Origin: a virus
Reading direction: 5' to 3' (one strand)
DNA length: 64,000 nucleotides
IMG/VR virus record: IMGVR_UViG_3300028197_000003
Coordinates: 64,001 to 128,000 of that record
The notes below the pieces were generated by a model. That model did not search any database and was not told where the DNA came from. It saw nothing but the letters and a program-made list of their open reading frames with translations. The stretch's first letter is position 1. Each line of letters opens with the position of its first letter. The position numbers and the translations under genes were made by a program. This document shows, piece by piece, positions 38,002-46,795 of this stretch.

Positions 38002-38687
38002 AATTTTATTTTGATGGGGACTCTTTTACTTATGGTGGTAGTCTAGACAAAGTAGGTGCAGTTGCAGAAGAAGTTAGGTGGTCTAAGTTAGTATGTGATC
38101 ACTTTGGTGCTGAAGAAATAAACTTATCTACTGGTGGTGCTAGTAACGATGCAGTTATGAGGCATACGTTTAGTAGACCCACTACTGAGGTTCATGACTT
38201 TTATTTTTTTCAAACCACTATTCCTAGTAGAGGTGAGATTTTTGACCCTAAAACGCAGGGGTGGATGAAATATGGTCTGAATGAGGATGTAGAAACCAGA
38301 TGTATGGAACGATGGGGACCCATAGAAGGACCAAAATTTATACAGTGGATACGGTTTGGATTTAGTAGAGTCCATAATGAACATTATGGGAGGACTAAAG
38401 AAACTATTACATACAATGCATTGAAGTCTTACGTTGCATCTATAGGTCGAGCAAGAAGATCTTTCTTTAGTACGTTAGTGCGTTTTGAAAAAGACAAACC
38501 ATGTACTGATAATAAGTATGATCTGTATCACATAAACAAAATAAACAACTGGCCTAAGCATAAAGTTGTACCACCAGAACTATTGGTATATGATAAAATA
38601 CCCAACGATGGACACCCTTCTGTAGAAGGGCATAAGACAATAGCAAAATACGTTATAGATATAGTAACTGAAAGAATCAAAGATTGA
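37998..38687 (+). CDS. SGNH/GDSL hydrolase-like protein, copy 1
   Basis: FDGDSFTYG, NLSTGGASND, DGHPS..GH. Confidence 0.8.
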   Translation: MKFYFDGDSFTYGGSLDKVGAVAEEVRWSKLVCDHFGAEEINLSTGGASNDAVMRHTFSRPTTEVHDFYFFQTTIPSRGEIFDPKTQGWMKYGLNEDVETRCMERWGPIEGPKFIQWIRFGFSRVHNEHYGRTKETITYNALKSYVASIGRARRSFFSTLVRFEKDKPCTDNKYDLYHINKINNWPKHKVVPPELLVYDKIPNDGHPSVEGHKTIAKYVIDIVTERIKD

Positions 38688-38818
38688 AGTTTTATTTTGA
38701 CGGTGATTCATTTACATATGGTGGGGGCCTCAAAAAAGTATTAGGTATAGATCCAGAAGATGTAAGGTGGTCTAAGTTAGTATGTGATCACTTTGGTGCT
38801 GAAGAAATAAACTTATCT
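38076..38818 (+). repeat. Direct repeats between the SGNH paralogs
   Basis: A 54-nt identical block at 38076-38129 and 38765-38818, with further near-identical blocks through both genes. Confidence 0.9.
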
Positions 38819-39376
38819 TCTTGTGGTTCTAGTAACGATGCAGTTATAAGGCACATTTTCAGTAAACCTACTAGTGAGGTTTATGATTTTTATTTTCTGC
38901 AAACCACTATTCCTACTAGAGGTGAGTTTTTTGATCCTAAAACGCAGGGGTGGACAAGATATAGTTTTGGGAAGGGTATGAAGGAGAAATGTATATCTCG
39001 GTGGGGACCTATAGAAGGAGCAAAGTTTATACAGTGGATGGAGTTTGGATTTAGTAGAGTCTATAATGATCATTATGGAAAAACTAAAGAAACTATTGTA
39101 TACAATGCAATGAAAGCATACGTTGCATCTGTGGGTCGAGCAAGAAGATCTTTCTTTAGTACGTTGGTACCTTTTCAATGCACTGATAATAAGTATGATC
39201 TGTATCACATAGGCAAAAGGGACTGGCCTAAGGATAAACCTATGCCACCAGAACTATTGGTATATGATAAAATACCCGACGATGGGCATCCTTCTGTAGA
39301 AGGACATAAGACGATAGCAAAATACGTTATAGATATAGTAAGTGAGCGACTAAGTGATGAGGGTTCAGTCTGCTAA
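38684..39376 (+). CDS. SGNH/GDSL hydrolase-like protein, copy 2
   Basis: Same motifs; close paralog of copy 1; TTG start. Confidence 0.8.
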   Translation: MKFYFDGDSFTYGGGLKKVLGIDPEDVRWSKLVCDHFGAEEINLSSCGSSNDAVIRHIFSKPTSEVYDFYFLQTTIPTRGEFFDPKTQGWTRYSFGKGMKEKCISRWGPIEGAKFIQWMEFGFSRVYNDHYGKTKETIVYNAMKAYVASVGRARRSFFSTLVPFQCTDNKYDLYHIGKRDWPKDKPMPPELLVYDKIPDDGHPSVEGHKTIAKYVIDIVSERLSDEGSVC

Positions 39377-39692
39377 GGCAAAGGGTAGGAGACTACAACA
39401 GTGGGTGAGAGACATGCTCATCGAGATGTTAGAAGTACATCCTGAGGATGTTGAATCTAGATCTATGGGTGCGGGTGGTGAAGACATCATCATGGCACGT
39501 GCAGCTAGACAAAAGTTTCCTTTCTCAGTAGAATGTAAGAACACAGAAAAACTAAACGTCTGGGATGCGTATGACCAGGCATGTGCTAACTCTGGTGATT
39601 ACGAACCAATTCTCTTTATAAAAAAGAATGGCAGGAAACCACTCGCTATACTCGATGCGGAAAGCTTTATTAGATCCAACCGACATGAATGA
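39357..39692 (+). CDS. PD-(D/E)xK nuclease (resolvase-like)
   Basis: SAKAKGR..Q, MGAGGED, SVECKN. Confidence 0.8.
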   Translation: MRVQSAKAKGRRLQQWVRDMLIEMLEVHPEDVESRSMGAGGEDIIMARAARQKFPFSVECKNTEKLNVWDAYDQACANSGDYEPILFIKKNGRKPLAILDAESFIRSNRHE

Positions 39693-39921
39693 TTGGAGGT
39701 ACTCTGAGGAACGAATGCTACTTCGTGCTGAAGTATTTCGTGCTCTTTCTCATCACCTAAATGATCATTGCAGACTCGTATATGAGTTTTGTCATGACTG
39801 GGTGAGTCAAGGTAATAAAACAACTATTGGAGTCGAGCAAAGATTCCAAGACTTCATCCGTGATTGTGCCGAAACTTTGTACACACTAACTCCTATTGAG
39901 GAACATGCAGAAAATCATTAG
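39685..39921 (+). CDS. Hypothetical protein
   Basis: MNDWRYSEERM...YEFCHDWV. Confidence 0.7.
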   Translation: MNDWRYSEERMLLRAEVFRALSHHLNDHCRLVYEFCHDWVSQGNKTTIGVEQRFQDFIRDCAETLYTLTPIEEHAENH

Positions 39922-40111
39922 CATCATGTCGATTTTTTCATTCGCAACTAGTCTTGCTGTTGTCAGCACCGCTGGTTATGTGTATGTAAATAAAGACAAT
40001 ATCACAAACAACATCAAAGAGCAGGTCACCAAAGGAATTGAGGAAGCAATTGTAGGTCAAATGGATGTTCCTGCTTTACCTGAGACCACTGGAGGTGTTC
40101 TTCCATTCTAA
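39905..40111 (+). CDS. Small membrane/secreted protein
   Basis: MQKIISIMSIFSF... hydrophobic N-terminus. Confidence 0.65.
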   Translation: MQKIISIMSIFSFATSLAVVSTAGYVYVNKDNITNNIKEQVTKGIEEAIVGQMDVPALPETTGGVLPF

Positions 40112-40134
40112 ATAATGCCAGTGTCTTTCTGGCA

Positions 40135-40621
40135 TATGGACGACAAATCTAAGACTGAAGAAAAGAAAGTAGAAGATGCGAAAGTAGATAAGAATTGGTT
40201 GGGACAACCAAAAAAGGATAAAAAAGAAGAGAAAGAAGACCAAGAAGATCGGATGCTGGCATTGTCCACACTCGTTCGTCTTGGTATTCTTATTTGGTCC
40301 GGCGGAATTCTTACTCTTGCCTACATCAAACTACCTCCTGCACTAGGTATTCCTGAACAGAAACTTGATCCAACTTTTATCGCCAGTGTCTTTACTGGGG
40401 TTTTAGCTACCTTCGGGGTTCAGGCAGGCAAAAAAGCAAACGGTGCCAACGGTAGTGCTGGTATCAGTAAGGCAGATATGGAACGTCTTATTGAAGCAGC
40501 AGCACGTACTGCTCCTGCACAAACAATTCGGATTGAACAAGGACCCTTGACAATAGGAACACAACCTCCTACTGTGTCCGAAGATGGTGCTCCTCCAGTT
40601 GTACCTCCTAAAAAGTCATGA
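40135..40621 (+). CDS. Two-TM membrane protein
   Basis: LSTLVRLGILIWSGGILTLAY; DPTFIASVFTGVLATFGV. Confidence 0.75.
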
Positions 40622-40749
40622 ACCTTGCTGATATTTTGTTGTGGGCATCAATTCCATTTGTGCTCGCCACTATAGCCTTCGGACTTTATAGGGGCGAGAA
40701 CTTTTATTATGAGAGTGATAAGTACGATGGGAATGGAACCGCACACTAA
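40618..40749 (+). CDS. 43-aa membrane microprotein
   Basis: Hand-translated MNLADILLWASIPFVLATIAFGLYRGENFYYESDKYDGNGTAH*. Confidence 0.65.
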   Translation: MNLADILLWASIPFVLATIAFGLYRGENFYYESDKYDGNGTAH

Positions 40750-40888
40750 GAAAGAAGTGCAGGAAATGATTGATGCCGCCATGGCAAAGCACAATCGCAA
40801 TGCATCAGCTATTAGTATCGTCCTAGGATCTGTAGCTCTCATCGGTTATGCTGATGGAATGCTTCGCATTATTGAAAAAATCAAATAA
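40733..40888 (+). CDS. 51-aa membrane microprotein
   Basis: Hand-translated MEPHTKKEVQEMIDAAMAKHNRNASAISIVLG...KIK*. Confidence 0.65.
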   Translation: MEPHTKKEVQEMIDAAMAKHNRNASAISIVLGSVALIGYADGMLRIIEKIK

Positions 40889-40889
40889 T

Positions 40890-41078
40890 ATGAATCACGT
40901 TGAAACTCAAGCATATAACTTTGCTATGTCATCATTCGCAAGAATGTATGGTGTTAGAACTATACAATCTAATTATGCTGTACGTAAATTTTGTCGTGAT
41001 TGGGCAACCTCTGGAAAATCTGCACCTTTAGGCACTCTTACGAAAGTTGATTTTTACTTTCGGGATTTGTGGGTATGA
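40890..41078 (+). CDS. Hypothetical protein
   Basis: MNHVETQAYNFAMSSFARMYG. Confidence 0.6.
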   Translation: MNHVETQAYNFAMSSFARMYGVRTIQSNYAVRKFCRDWATSGKSAPLGTLTKVDFYFRDLWV

Positions 41079-41302
41079 ATTTATTACTACGACCTCTTGA
41101 TAATCCATCTGATCCTGTATGGTCAGTGATTATCATGACGATCCTTGTTGTAGCTATGGCGATTTATAGTATTTACTATATAATAGGAATTGATCAGAGG
41201 GAAAGTGGAGATTCCAGGGATCAACGTCAATCCAGTGGGGATACGACGCCTACAGATCGGACAACTGGACATCAGGGACGCCACGATTCAGAAGATTCCT
41301 GA
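41075..41302 (+). CDS. Small membrane protein
   Basis: MNLLLRPL....DPVWSVII + TM helix. Confidence 0.6.
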   Translation: MNLLLRPLDNPSDPVWSVIIMTILVVAMAIYSIYYIIGIDQRESGDSRDQRQSSGDTTPTDRTTGHQGRHDSEDS

Positions 41303-41969
41303 TTGGGCACAGTCTACTCCACAAGCAATTCCAATCTATCCACCAGTCACTACACAGGTGGGGACGCCTATTGTCAATATTCCTGGTTGCGTTGAGGCAC
41401 ACAGAGACAGTAGTGAAAATCAAAATCTAAAGAATGAGGATAGAGAAGGCACGGTCACCTACTGTGATGCCGGAACACCTTCATTCACTCCTATTGATTA
41501 TGATAAAGACAATTTAGATATCACACAAAAGTCACCACCACCACCTATTATTCCTCCATCTAAAACACCGGAGCAGGAGACACCTGCACAACCTGGCATA
41601 CCAAAACGACCCACATGTCAGGAGGGTGAGAAATATAATGAGGCGAAGAAAGTTTGTGAAATTATAGTAGTTGAGGTTCCTGAAAAACAGATACCATGGA
41701 CTGAGCAGTATCTCCCTCCACTACCACTAGTAACTACTACCGCCTCAATCGCTGTAGTTGCGACGACTTCTGCACTGCTCGCAAAACCTCTCGCTGATCT
41801 TCTTTTGAAAGTGGTGAAACCTGTGACGAAGAAAGTGGTGAAGAAGATTGCTGCAATACGGAAGAAGGAGATCCCGGTACTATCTTTGTCTGCGAGGAGG
41901 GACGAGCAACGGGTACGGAACCAGGCGATCCGGACGTTGAAGTCTGCCCTCCGGCAAAGGAAGAGATAG
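41190..41969 (+). CDS. Pro-rich membrane-anchored protein
   Basis: PGCVEAH...C, Pro-rich linker, C-terminal TTASIAVVATTSALLAKP. Confidence 0.75.
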   Translation: MIRGKVEIPGINVNPVGIRRLQIGQLDIRDATIQKIPDWAQSTPQAIPIYPPVTTQVGTPIVNIPGCVEAHRDSSENQNLKNEDREGTVTYCDAGTPSFTPIDYDKDNLDITQKSPPPPIIPPSKTPEQETPAQPGIPKRPTCQEGEKYNEAKKVCEIIVVEVPEKQIPWTEQYLPPLPLVTTTASIAVVATTSALLAKPLADLLLKVVKPVTKKVVKKIAAIRKKEIPVLSLSARRDEQRVRNQAIRTLKSALRQRKR

Positions 41970-42790
41970 GTTGTGGAATTGTATGTCGGTGTCTTCTGAT
42001 AGCATCAACACTATCTACCACTACATCTGCACAGATTGCAGCATAGTGTGTTCCTGGTCTAAAATAAATTCCTGCCTTTTTCAATTCACCACAATTTTTC
42101 AAACGAGCAATCTCAAAGTCTAATCTTTTATTAGCAATCATTTGTTGCTGCATTTGTATCTGAGTATCTGCTGCTGACTTGCAACGTTCCTGTAGTCCAC
42201 CATCAAGTGGGAAAGATATTGTTGCAGATAAACCAAGACTGGTGCTGTAATTTCTAGTGTCACCAGTTCTTACTGGTTTCTTCCAGAGTTCTGACCCTGG
42301 ACTATCTGGTACACCATCACCAGTGATTTCCATGACAGTGATAGGCATGTCTGCACCATCTTCATAGGCACGAACAGTATCACCATCTGTGTTGGTATAA
42401 GTTCTATTATCATAATGTGATTCCCATGGCCAGTTCTTCACATTTTTTGTAACTTCTACTAACTGTCCTTCAAAATCTCTGTTGTCATACTGAGGTTCCA
42501 TGTAGTGTGTCTCAAATGGATCCTTATTATTACGAGCGTGAGTAATGAATGGTGTTATGTTAGCAGTAGGTCCTTGACAAGCAATTCCATTACCATATTG
42601 ATTAGTAATATAAGGACCTTGTAACACCTGAATAGCTTGGTTCGTAACCGAGCCAGAGCTATTAGCTATTGGACTTGCTGTTGCACTTACACCCCCTACA
42701 TCTCCCGCCAGTGTGGCAGGGGCAGTTGCAAGTTGAGTTAGACATAATACTATTGGGTAAAGATACTTGTGGTGTCGGTTACGCTGGTGA
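41737..42790 (-). CDS. Secreted beta-rich protein (start unresolved)
   Basis: Signal-like YLYPIVLCLTQLATAPATLA, then SATASPIANSSGSVTNQAIQVLQGP. The frame is open from ATG 43044, but there is no ATG/GTG/TTG near the signal peptide. Confidence 0.7.
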
Positions 42791-43202
42791 CCTCCGTAAC
42801 CCTTTGGATTACAGTTTGATTCGAGATTCCCGGTCCTCGATATGTCTGAGTGAACTGAAACGCTTCTCCTGGATTTGTTATTTTGAATGCCGGATTGTTG
42901 TTGAAATTCAAAGCCGACTGGGTTGATGTTACTTGTCCTTCGACTCCCCCCATTGGGGTTACTGTCACTGTTGAGGTGTTGGCGGGGGGAGTGAGAGATT
43001 GTCCCCCGTTGTCCACGTTTGTCCCGGTTACTGAGTATTCCCATCCTGTTGAATAATCTATAGAGTTGATCGTTTCAGATACCTTTGAAGTAGTTTCCGT
43101 GTGACTGGTCATACTTCCCTGAGTGAAATTAGGGACCACAGGGACGGAATATACTGGTGAGGTTATACTAAGCAACGCCAATGCTGCTAGTATTTTATTC
43201 AT
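42750..43202 (-). CDS. Secreted beta-rich protein
   Basis: Signal peptide, then VPVVPNFTQGSMTSHTET; Thr/Ser-rich. Confidence 0.8.
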   Translation of the reverse strand: MNKILAALALLSITSPVYSVPVVPNFTQGSMTSHTETTSKVSETINSIDYSTGWEYSVTGTNVDNGGQSLTPPANTSTVTVTPMGGVEGQVTSTQSALNFNNNPAFKITNPGEAFQFTQTYRGPGISNQTVIQRVTEVTSVTDTTSIFTQ

Positions 43203-43697
43203 TTATCTAACCGTGATTTCAGTTACTACTTGTCCCGTGGCACTGGTGCCACCGCCGCCTGCGGTCAAACCAATTACGCCAGCACTTGTAATAGTACCTG
43301 CTAGATCACCAGCAACACCAATGGCAGTGCTAGTTTGATTTGAGTAAGAATTCACCGCACCAACAGCAGGAGCTGTAGTTACGATTGCATCCCCGGCGGT
43401 ATAAGAAGAACTAAAGGAGAAAGCACTCCCTGCAGTTTGTTGAGTTGCTGTAATTGATGGTGGCGCTGCAACACCATTAGACCCAACAGTTCCAAGACCA
43501 CCTACTACACCGGCAGTGGTGCCGTCTGAGGTGGTAACTCCGTTACCGGAGACACTGAGAGAGTTACCAATTCGCTGCACATTGGTTGCGGCAGCATCAA
43601 CTGTCAATTGAACTGATGATGTAATGCGGTGTGTCAGGTCTGCTCTAGCAGCACTACTCATACTGAGTAAAGCCACAATAAAAAGTAGACTTTTCAT
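43203..43697 (-). CDS. Secreted beta-rich protein
   Basis: Signal peptide ending ARA-DLTHRITSSVQLTVD; Ala/Gly/Thr-rich. Confidence 0.8.
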   Translation of the reverse strand: MKSLLFIVALLSMSSAARADLTHRITSSVQLTVDAAATNVQRIGNSLSVSGNGVTTSDGTTAGVVGGLGTVGSNGVAAPPSITATQQTAGSAFSFSSSYTAGDAIVTTAPAVGAVNSYSNQTSTAIGVAGDLAGTITSAGVIGLTAGGGGTSATGQVVTEITVR

Positions 43698-43759
43698 TGC
43701 ATACCCTTAGAAATTGTACCTAGTTTATATATGATATATAACAAGTGATCTTGATTACT

Positions 43760-44413
43760 ATGAAGATTTTTCTAGATACTGCTGACACAGATATTATCAA
43801 TCAGTATCTACCAACCGGGTTGATTGATGGGGTGACTACTAACCCTACTCTCATGCTCAAAAGTGGTAAATGTCCTGACGATGTTTATCAAGACCTAGCA
43901 GACATGGGTCTTCCTGACATTAGTATGGAAGTGGGTGGCAACGCCATGGAAATGCTTGAAGAAGGAAGACGTTTATCTACTAAGTTTGGAAAGTGTGCTA
44001 CTATAAAGGTACCTTGCACACCTGATGGACTTTGGGTATGTAAAGAACTCTCACGTGATCTCATCAGAGTCAATGTCACTTTGATTTTTGCTGCATCACA
44101 AGCAATCCTTGCTGCTAAAGCAGGTGCATATTATGTGTCCCCGTTCGTGGGTCGCTATGATGACAATAGTATCAGTGGTCTAGAACTTGTCCGTTCTATT
44201 GCTGAGGTCTATGGTCGCCAAGGTGTTCGTACTCAAGTCCTAGCAGCATCACTTCGTGATGTGTATAAAGTCTCTCGGTGTTTTTACAACGGAGCAAGCG
44301 TAGTAACGATGCCTCCAGCAGTGTTTGAAAAAATGTTCAATCATGTGCTGACGGATAAGGGACTAGAAATTTTTGATCAAAATTTGGAAGAAATTCGTAA
44401 TGCGAATCATTGA
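43760..44413 (+). CDS. talC: Transaldolase (TalC/FSA type)
   Basis: IFLDTA, GVTTNP, IKVP.T..G, NVTLIF, YVSPFVGR.DD. Confidence 0.96.
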   Translation: MKIFLDTADTDIINQYLPTGLIDGVTTNPTLMLKSGKCPDDVYQDLADMGLPDISMEVGGNAMEMLEEGRRLSTKFGKCATIKVPCTPDGLWVCKELSRDLIRVNVTLIFAASQAILAAKAGAYYVSPFVGRYDDNSISGLELVRSIAEVYGRQGVRTQVLAASLRDVYKVSRCFYNGASVVTMPPAVFEKMFNHVLTDKGLEIFDQNLEEIRNANH

Positions 44414-44951
44414 CTATGCTGTTTCTGAAGAACTAATTGATCTTTGCGTTCAAGAGATCGAGTCGAAGAAGAAACATGACTGCTGGGGTATCAGTAAGTG
44501 GAAATGGGGTGCAACCTTGATGACCTCTTCTATGAAGAGTTTTTGTCTTTCTGCAAAACCCTGTACGGATCTCTACAAAAGACTCCGTAACGAGACTTCT
44601 CCTTGGTTACCGTTTGTTCCTACTGCTATCAACTATCACGTATGGTTGCCTGGTTCTGGAATCAACTGGCACAATGATGGTGACTATGTTTATGGTGCCA
44701 CCCTTCACCTGAAGGACTGGCCACCTGAGCATGGTGGTATTTTTATGTGGAAAGAAAATGGGACTGACATCCTTCATTCCACGTACCCGAAAAAAAATAC
44801 AATGGTGATCAATGAGGGAGAGGAACGGCATGCTGTATCTCCTATTGTTGTTAGTGAAAAAGATGCAGGACTAAGAATGTCAGTTCAATTATTCTGCACT
44901 AGAGAAGCAGCACATCAAGCAAGAAGAAGTGGTGGAGGTAGAACTATCTAA
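44400..44951 (+). CDS. 2OG-Fe(II) oxygenase (prolyl-4-hydroxylase-like)
   Basis: WHND (HxD), W..EHGGIF, RHAVSP, RMSVQ. Confidence 0.85.
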   Translation: MRIIDYAVSEELIDLCVQEIESKKKHDCWGISKWKWGATLMTSSMKSFCLSAKPCTDLYKRLRNETSPWLPFVPTAINYHVWLPGSGINWHNDGDYVYGATLHLKDWPPEHGGIFMWKENGTDILHSTYPKKNTMVINEGEERHAVSPIVVSEKDAGLRMSVQLFCTREAAHQARRSGGGRTI

Positions 44952-45214
44952 TGGATTTCAAAGTAAAATGTTTGCAATGCAATACTGAGATTGAAGACAC
45001 TGGTAAGTTTCATACTTGTGGGTGTCCTAACGGTCTATCTTTTTGCAACGGTAAAATCACTGCTATGGATATGGGACTTGTGGTAGAAGTTCCCATTTAT
45101 AGGCAGGAATCCAAAGTGCATAAGCAAAGCAGTTACCTGTCTCCGGAAGATCTAAGTTTTCAAGAGAGGCGACGGGACCGAGATTTCAAAAAATTGTCAT
45201 ACGACGTACGATAA
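44951..45214 (+). CDS. Small Cys-rich hypothetical protein
   Basis: CLQC...CGCPN. Confidence 0.7.
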   Translation: MDFKVKCLQCNTEIEDTGKFHTCGCPNGLSFCNGKITAMDMGLVVEVPIYRQESKVHKQSSYLSPEDLSFQERRRDRDFKKLSYDVR

Positions 45215-45246
45215 ATATTGACAGGATCCTTTGGGTCCTTTATACT
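45210..45246 (+). promoter_or_regulatory. Early promoter TTGACA-N17-TATACT, with an overlapping late-like ATAAATA
   Basis: -35 at 45218-45223, -10 at 45241-45246; ATAAATA at 45211-45217. Confidence 0.8.
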
Positions 45247-45267
45247 ATAGACAACTTTACTACCACA

Positions 45268-45495
45268 ATGTCCCGAGGAGTCTTCCTTTCCAAATTCAAG
45301 AACTATACTAAAATCTTAGTAGATGCAGTAGAGGAAAAAACCGATCTTGAATATGAGCATCCTTCTCTGTATGAAAATCTAATTTCTCACTACAGAGATC
45401 AAGAAGTTTATTTCTATGAAGACCAGGACAAAAACTACAATGTACTGATTGATAAGTTAGAATATGACCTTATGAATTCTGGCATGTGGGGATGA
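45268..45495 (+). CDS. Hypothetical protein
   Basis: 75-aa acidic ORF. Confidence 0.7.
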   Translation: MSRGVFLSKFKNYTKILVDAVEEKTDLEYEHPSLYENLISHYRDQEVYFYEDQDKNYNVLIDKLEYDLMNSGMWG

Positions 45496-45851
45496 AAGAG
45501 AATCGCCCTTGGGGTTGGTATGAAACTATTGAAGATGGATCAGACTACAAACTAAAAAAGATCTATCTGCACCCAAGACAACGTTTCTCACTCCAATTCC
45601 ACAGGAAAAGAACAGAACAGTGGATCGTAATTCAAGGTAGTGGTGTAATCACTTTAGGTCACGATGATCTTGAATGCAAACCAGGGGATAGTTTTACTAT
45701 CGGTATTGAACAACGTCATCGTGCTGAAGCAGGTGATGATGGACTTACTTTTTTTGAAGTACAAAGAGGTGAGTGTGATGAATGTGACATTGTCCGTATA
45801 GAGGATGATTACGGTCGCACTGGCAATTCAATTTTAGATTATTTGATATGA
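45492..45851 (+). CDS. Mannose-6-phosphate isomerase type II cupin domain
   Basis: RPWGWY, SLQFH..R.E.W.V.QG, HR..A, EVQ.G...E.DIVR.EDDYGR. Confidence 0.88.
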   Translation: MKENRPWGWYETIEDGSDYKLKKIYLHPRQRFSLQFHRKRTEQWIVIQGSGVITLGHDDLECKPGDSFTIGIEQRHRAEAGDDGLTFFEVQRGECDECDIVRIEDDYGRTGNSILDYLI

Positions 45852-46795
45852 CTTACATGGTTACCGGCGGTGCCGGGTTTATTGGTAGTAACTTTTTACA
45901 TTTCCTCACTAAAAAAACGTCAGAACCTATTGTCGTACTTGATAATCTGACTTACGCTGGTGACATGAGATTTATTCCTGTTACTAAGCAGGTAAAATTT
46001 GAGTGGTGTGATATCTCAAATGAAGATCATGTATTGTTTCTATTTGAGAAATACCAACCCAAAAAGATCTGGCATTTTGCGGCAGAGAGTCACGTAGATA
46101 ATAGCATCGCCAACTATCGACCTTTCCTAGAGGCAAATGTTATAGGCACTATCAATCTCCTCAATGCTTCATTGAATACGGAGGTTGAAAAGTTCCATCA
46201 CATTTCTACTGATGAGGTGTATGGATCTCTGGAGTATGACGATACGGAACTCTTCACAGAAGAGACCCCATACAATCCTAAAAACCCATACTCTGCAAGC
46301 AAAGCAGCATCAGATCATTATGTCAAGACTTGGCATAATACATATGATCTTCCATACCTAATCACTAACTGTAGTAATAACTATGGTGTGCGTCAGCACG
46401 TAGAAAAACTTATTCCAAAAGTTATCGGTCGTGCAATGAGGGACGAGGTTACTTACATGTATGGGGGTGGTCAACAGATCCGTGATTGGTTGTATGTCAA
46501 CGATCATTGTGAAGCAATCTGGTCACTAGAAAAAGAAGGTGTAATCAATAACCATTTCAATATTGGTGGTGGTTGTGAAATGAGAAACATTGATGTGACT
46601 AAGAAAATCTTGGATCTTTTGAAAAAACCACATGATCTTATTGGGATATCCCATGAAAGACCTGGTCAAGACAAGCGTTATGGCATAAAATATGATAAAC
46701 TGACTAAGTGTACTGGGTGGAAACCCTGTACTGATTTTGATTACGGACTACGTGCAACTGTTTCATGGTACTTAGAAAGATGGGGACTGATCTGA
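45848..46795 (+). CDS. rmlB: dTDP-glucose 4,6-dehydratase
   Basis: TGGAGFIGSNF, LTYAG, FAAESHVD, ISTDEVYG, PYSASKAASD, NCSNNYG. Confidence 0.93.
   Translation: MTYMVTGGAGFIGSNFLHFLTKKTSEPIVVLDNLTYAGDMRFIPVTKQVKFEWCDISNEDHVLFLFEKYQPKKIWHFAAESHVDNSIANYRPFLEANVIGTINLLNASLNTEVEKFHHISTDEVYGSLEYDDTELFTEETPYNPKNPYSASKAASDHYVKTWHNTYDLPYLITNCSNNYGVRQHVEKLIPKVIGRAMRDEVTYMYGGGQQIRDWLYVNDHCEAIWSLEKEGVINNHFNIGGGCEMRNIDVTKKILDLLKKPHDLIGISHERPGQDKRYGIKYDKLTKCTGWKPCTDFDYGLRATVSWYLERWGLI

Noticed and set aside
37998-39376. Diversity-generating retroelement (TR/VR) from the SGNH or DUF616 repeats
   Set aside because: Both copies are full ORFs, the compared DUF616 mismatches are synonymous and not adenine-specific, and no reverse transcriptase is in the window.
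41737-43697. Recent inversion of the minus-strand cassette
   Set aside because: No flanking inverted repeats or invertase, and the overlap with the convergent gene suggests a long-standing arrangement.
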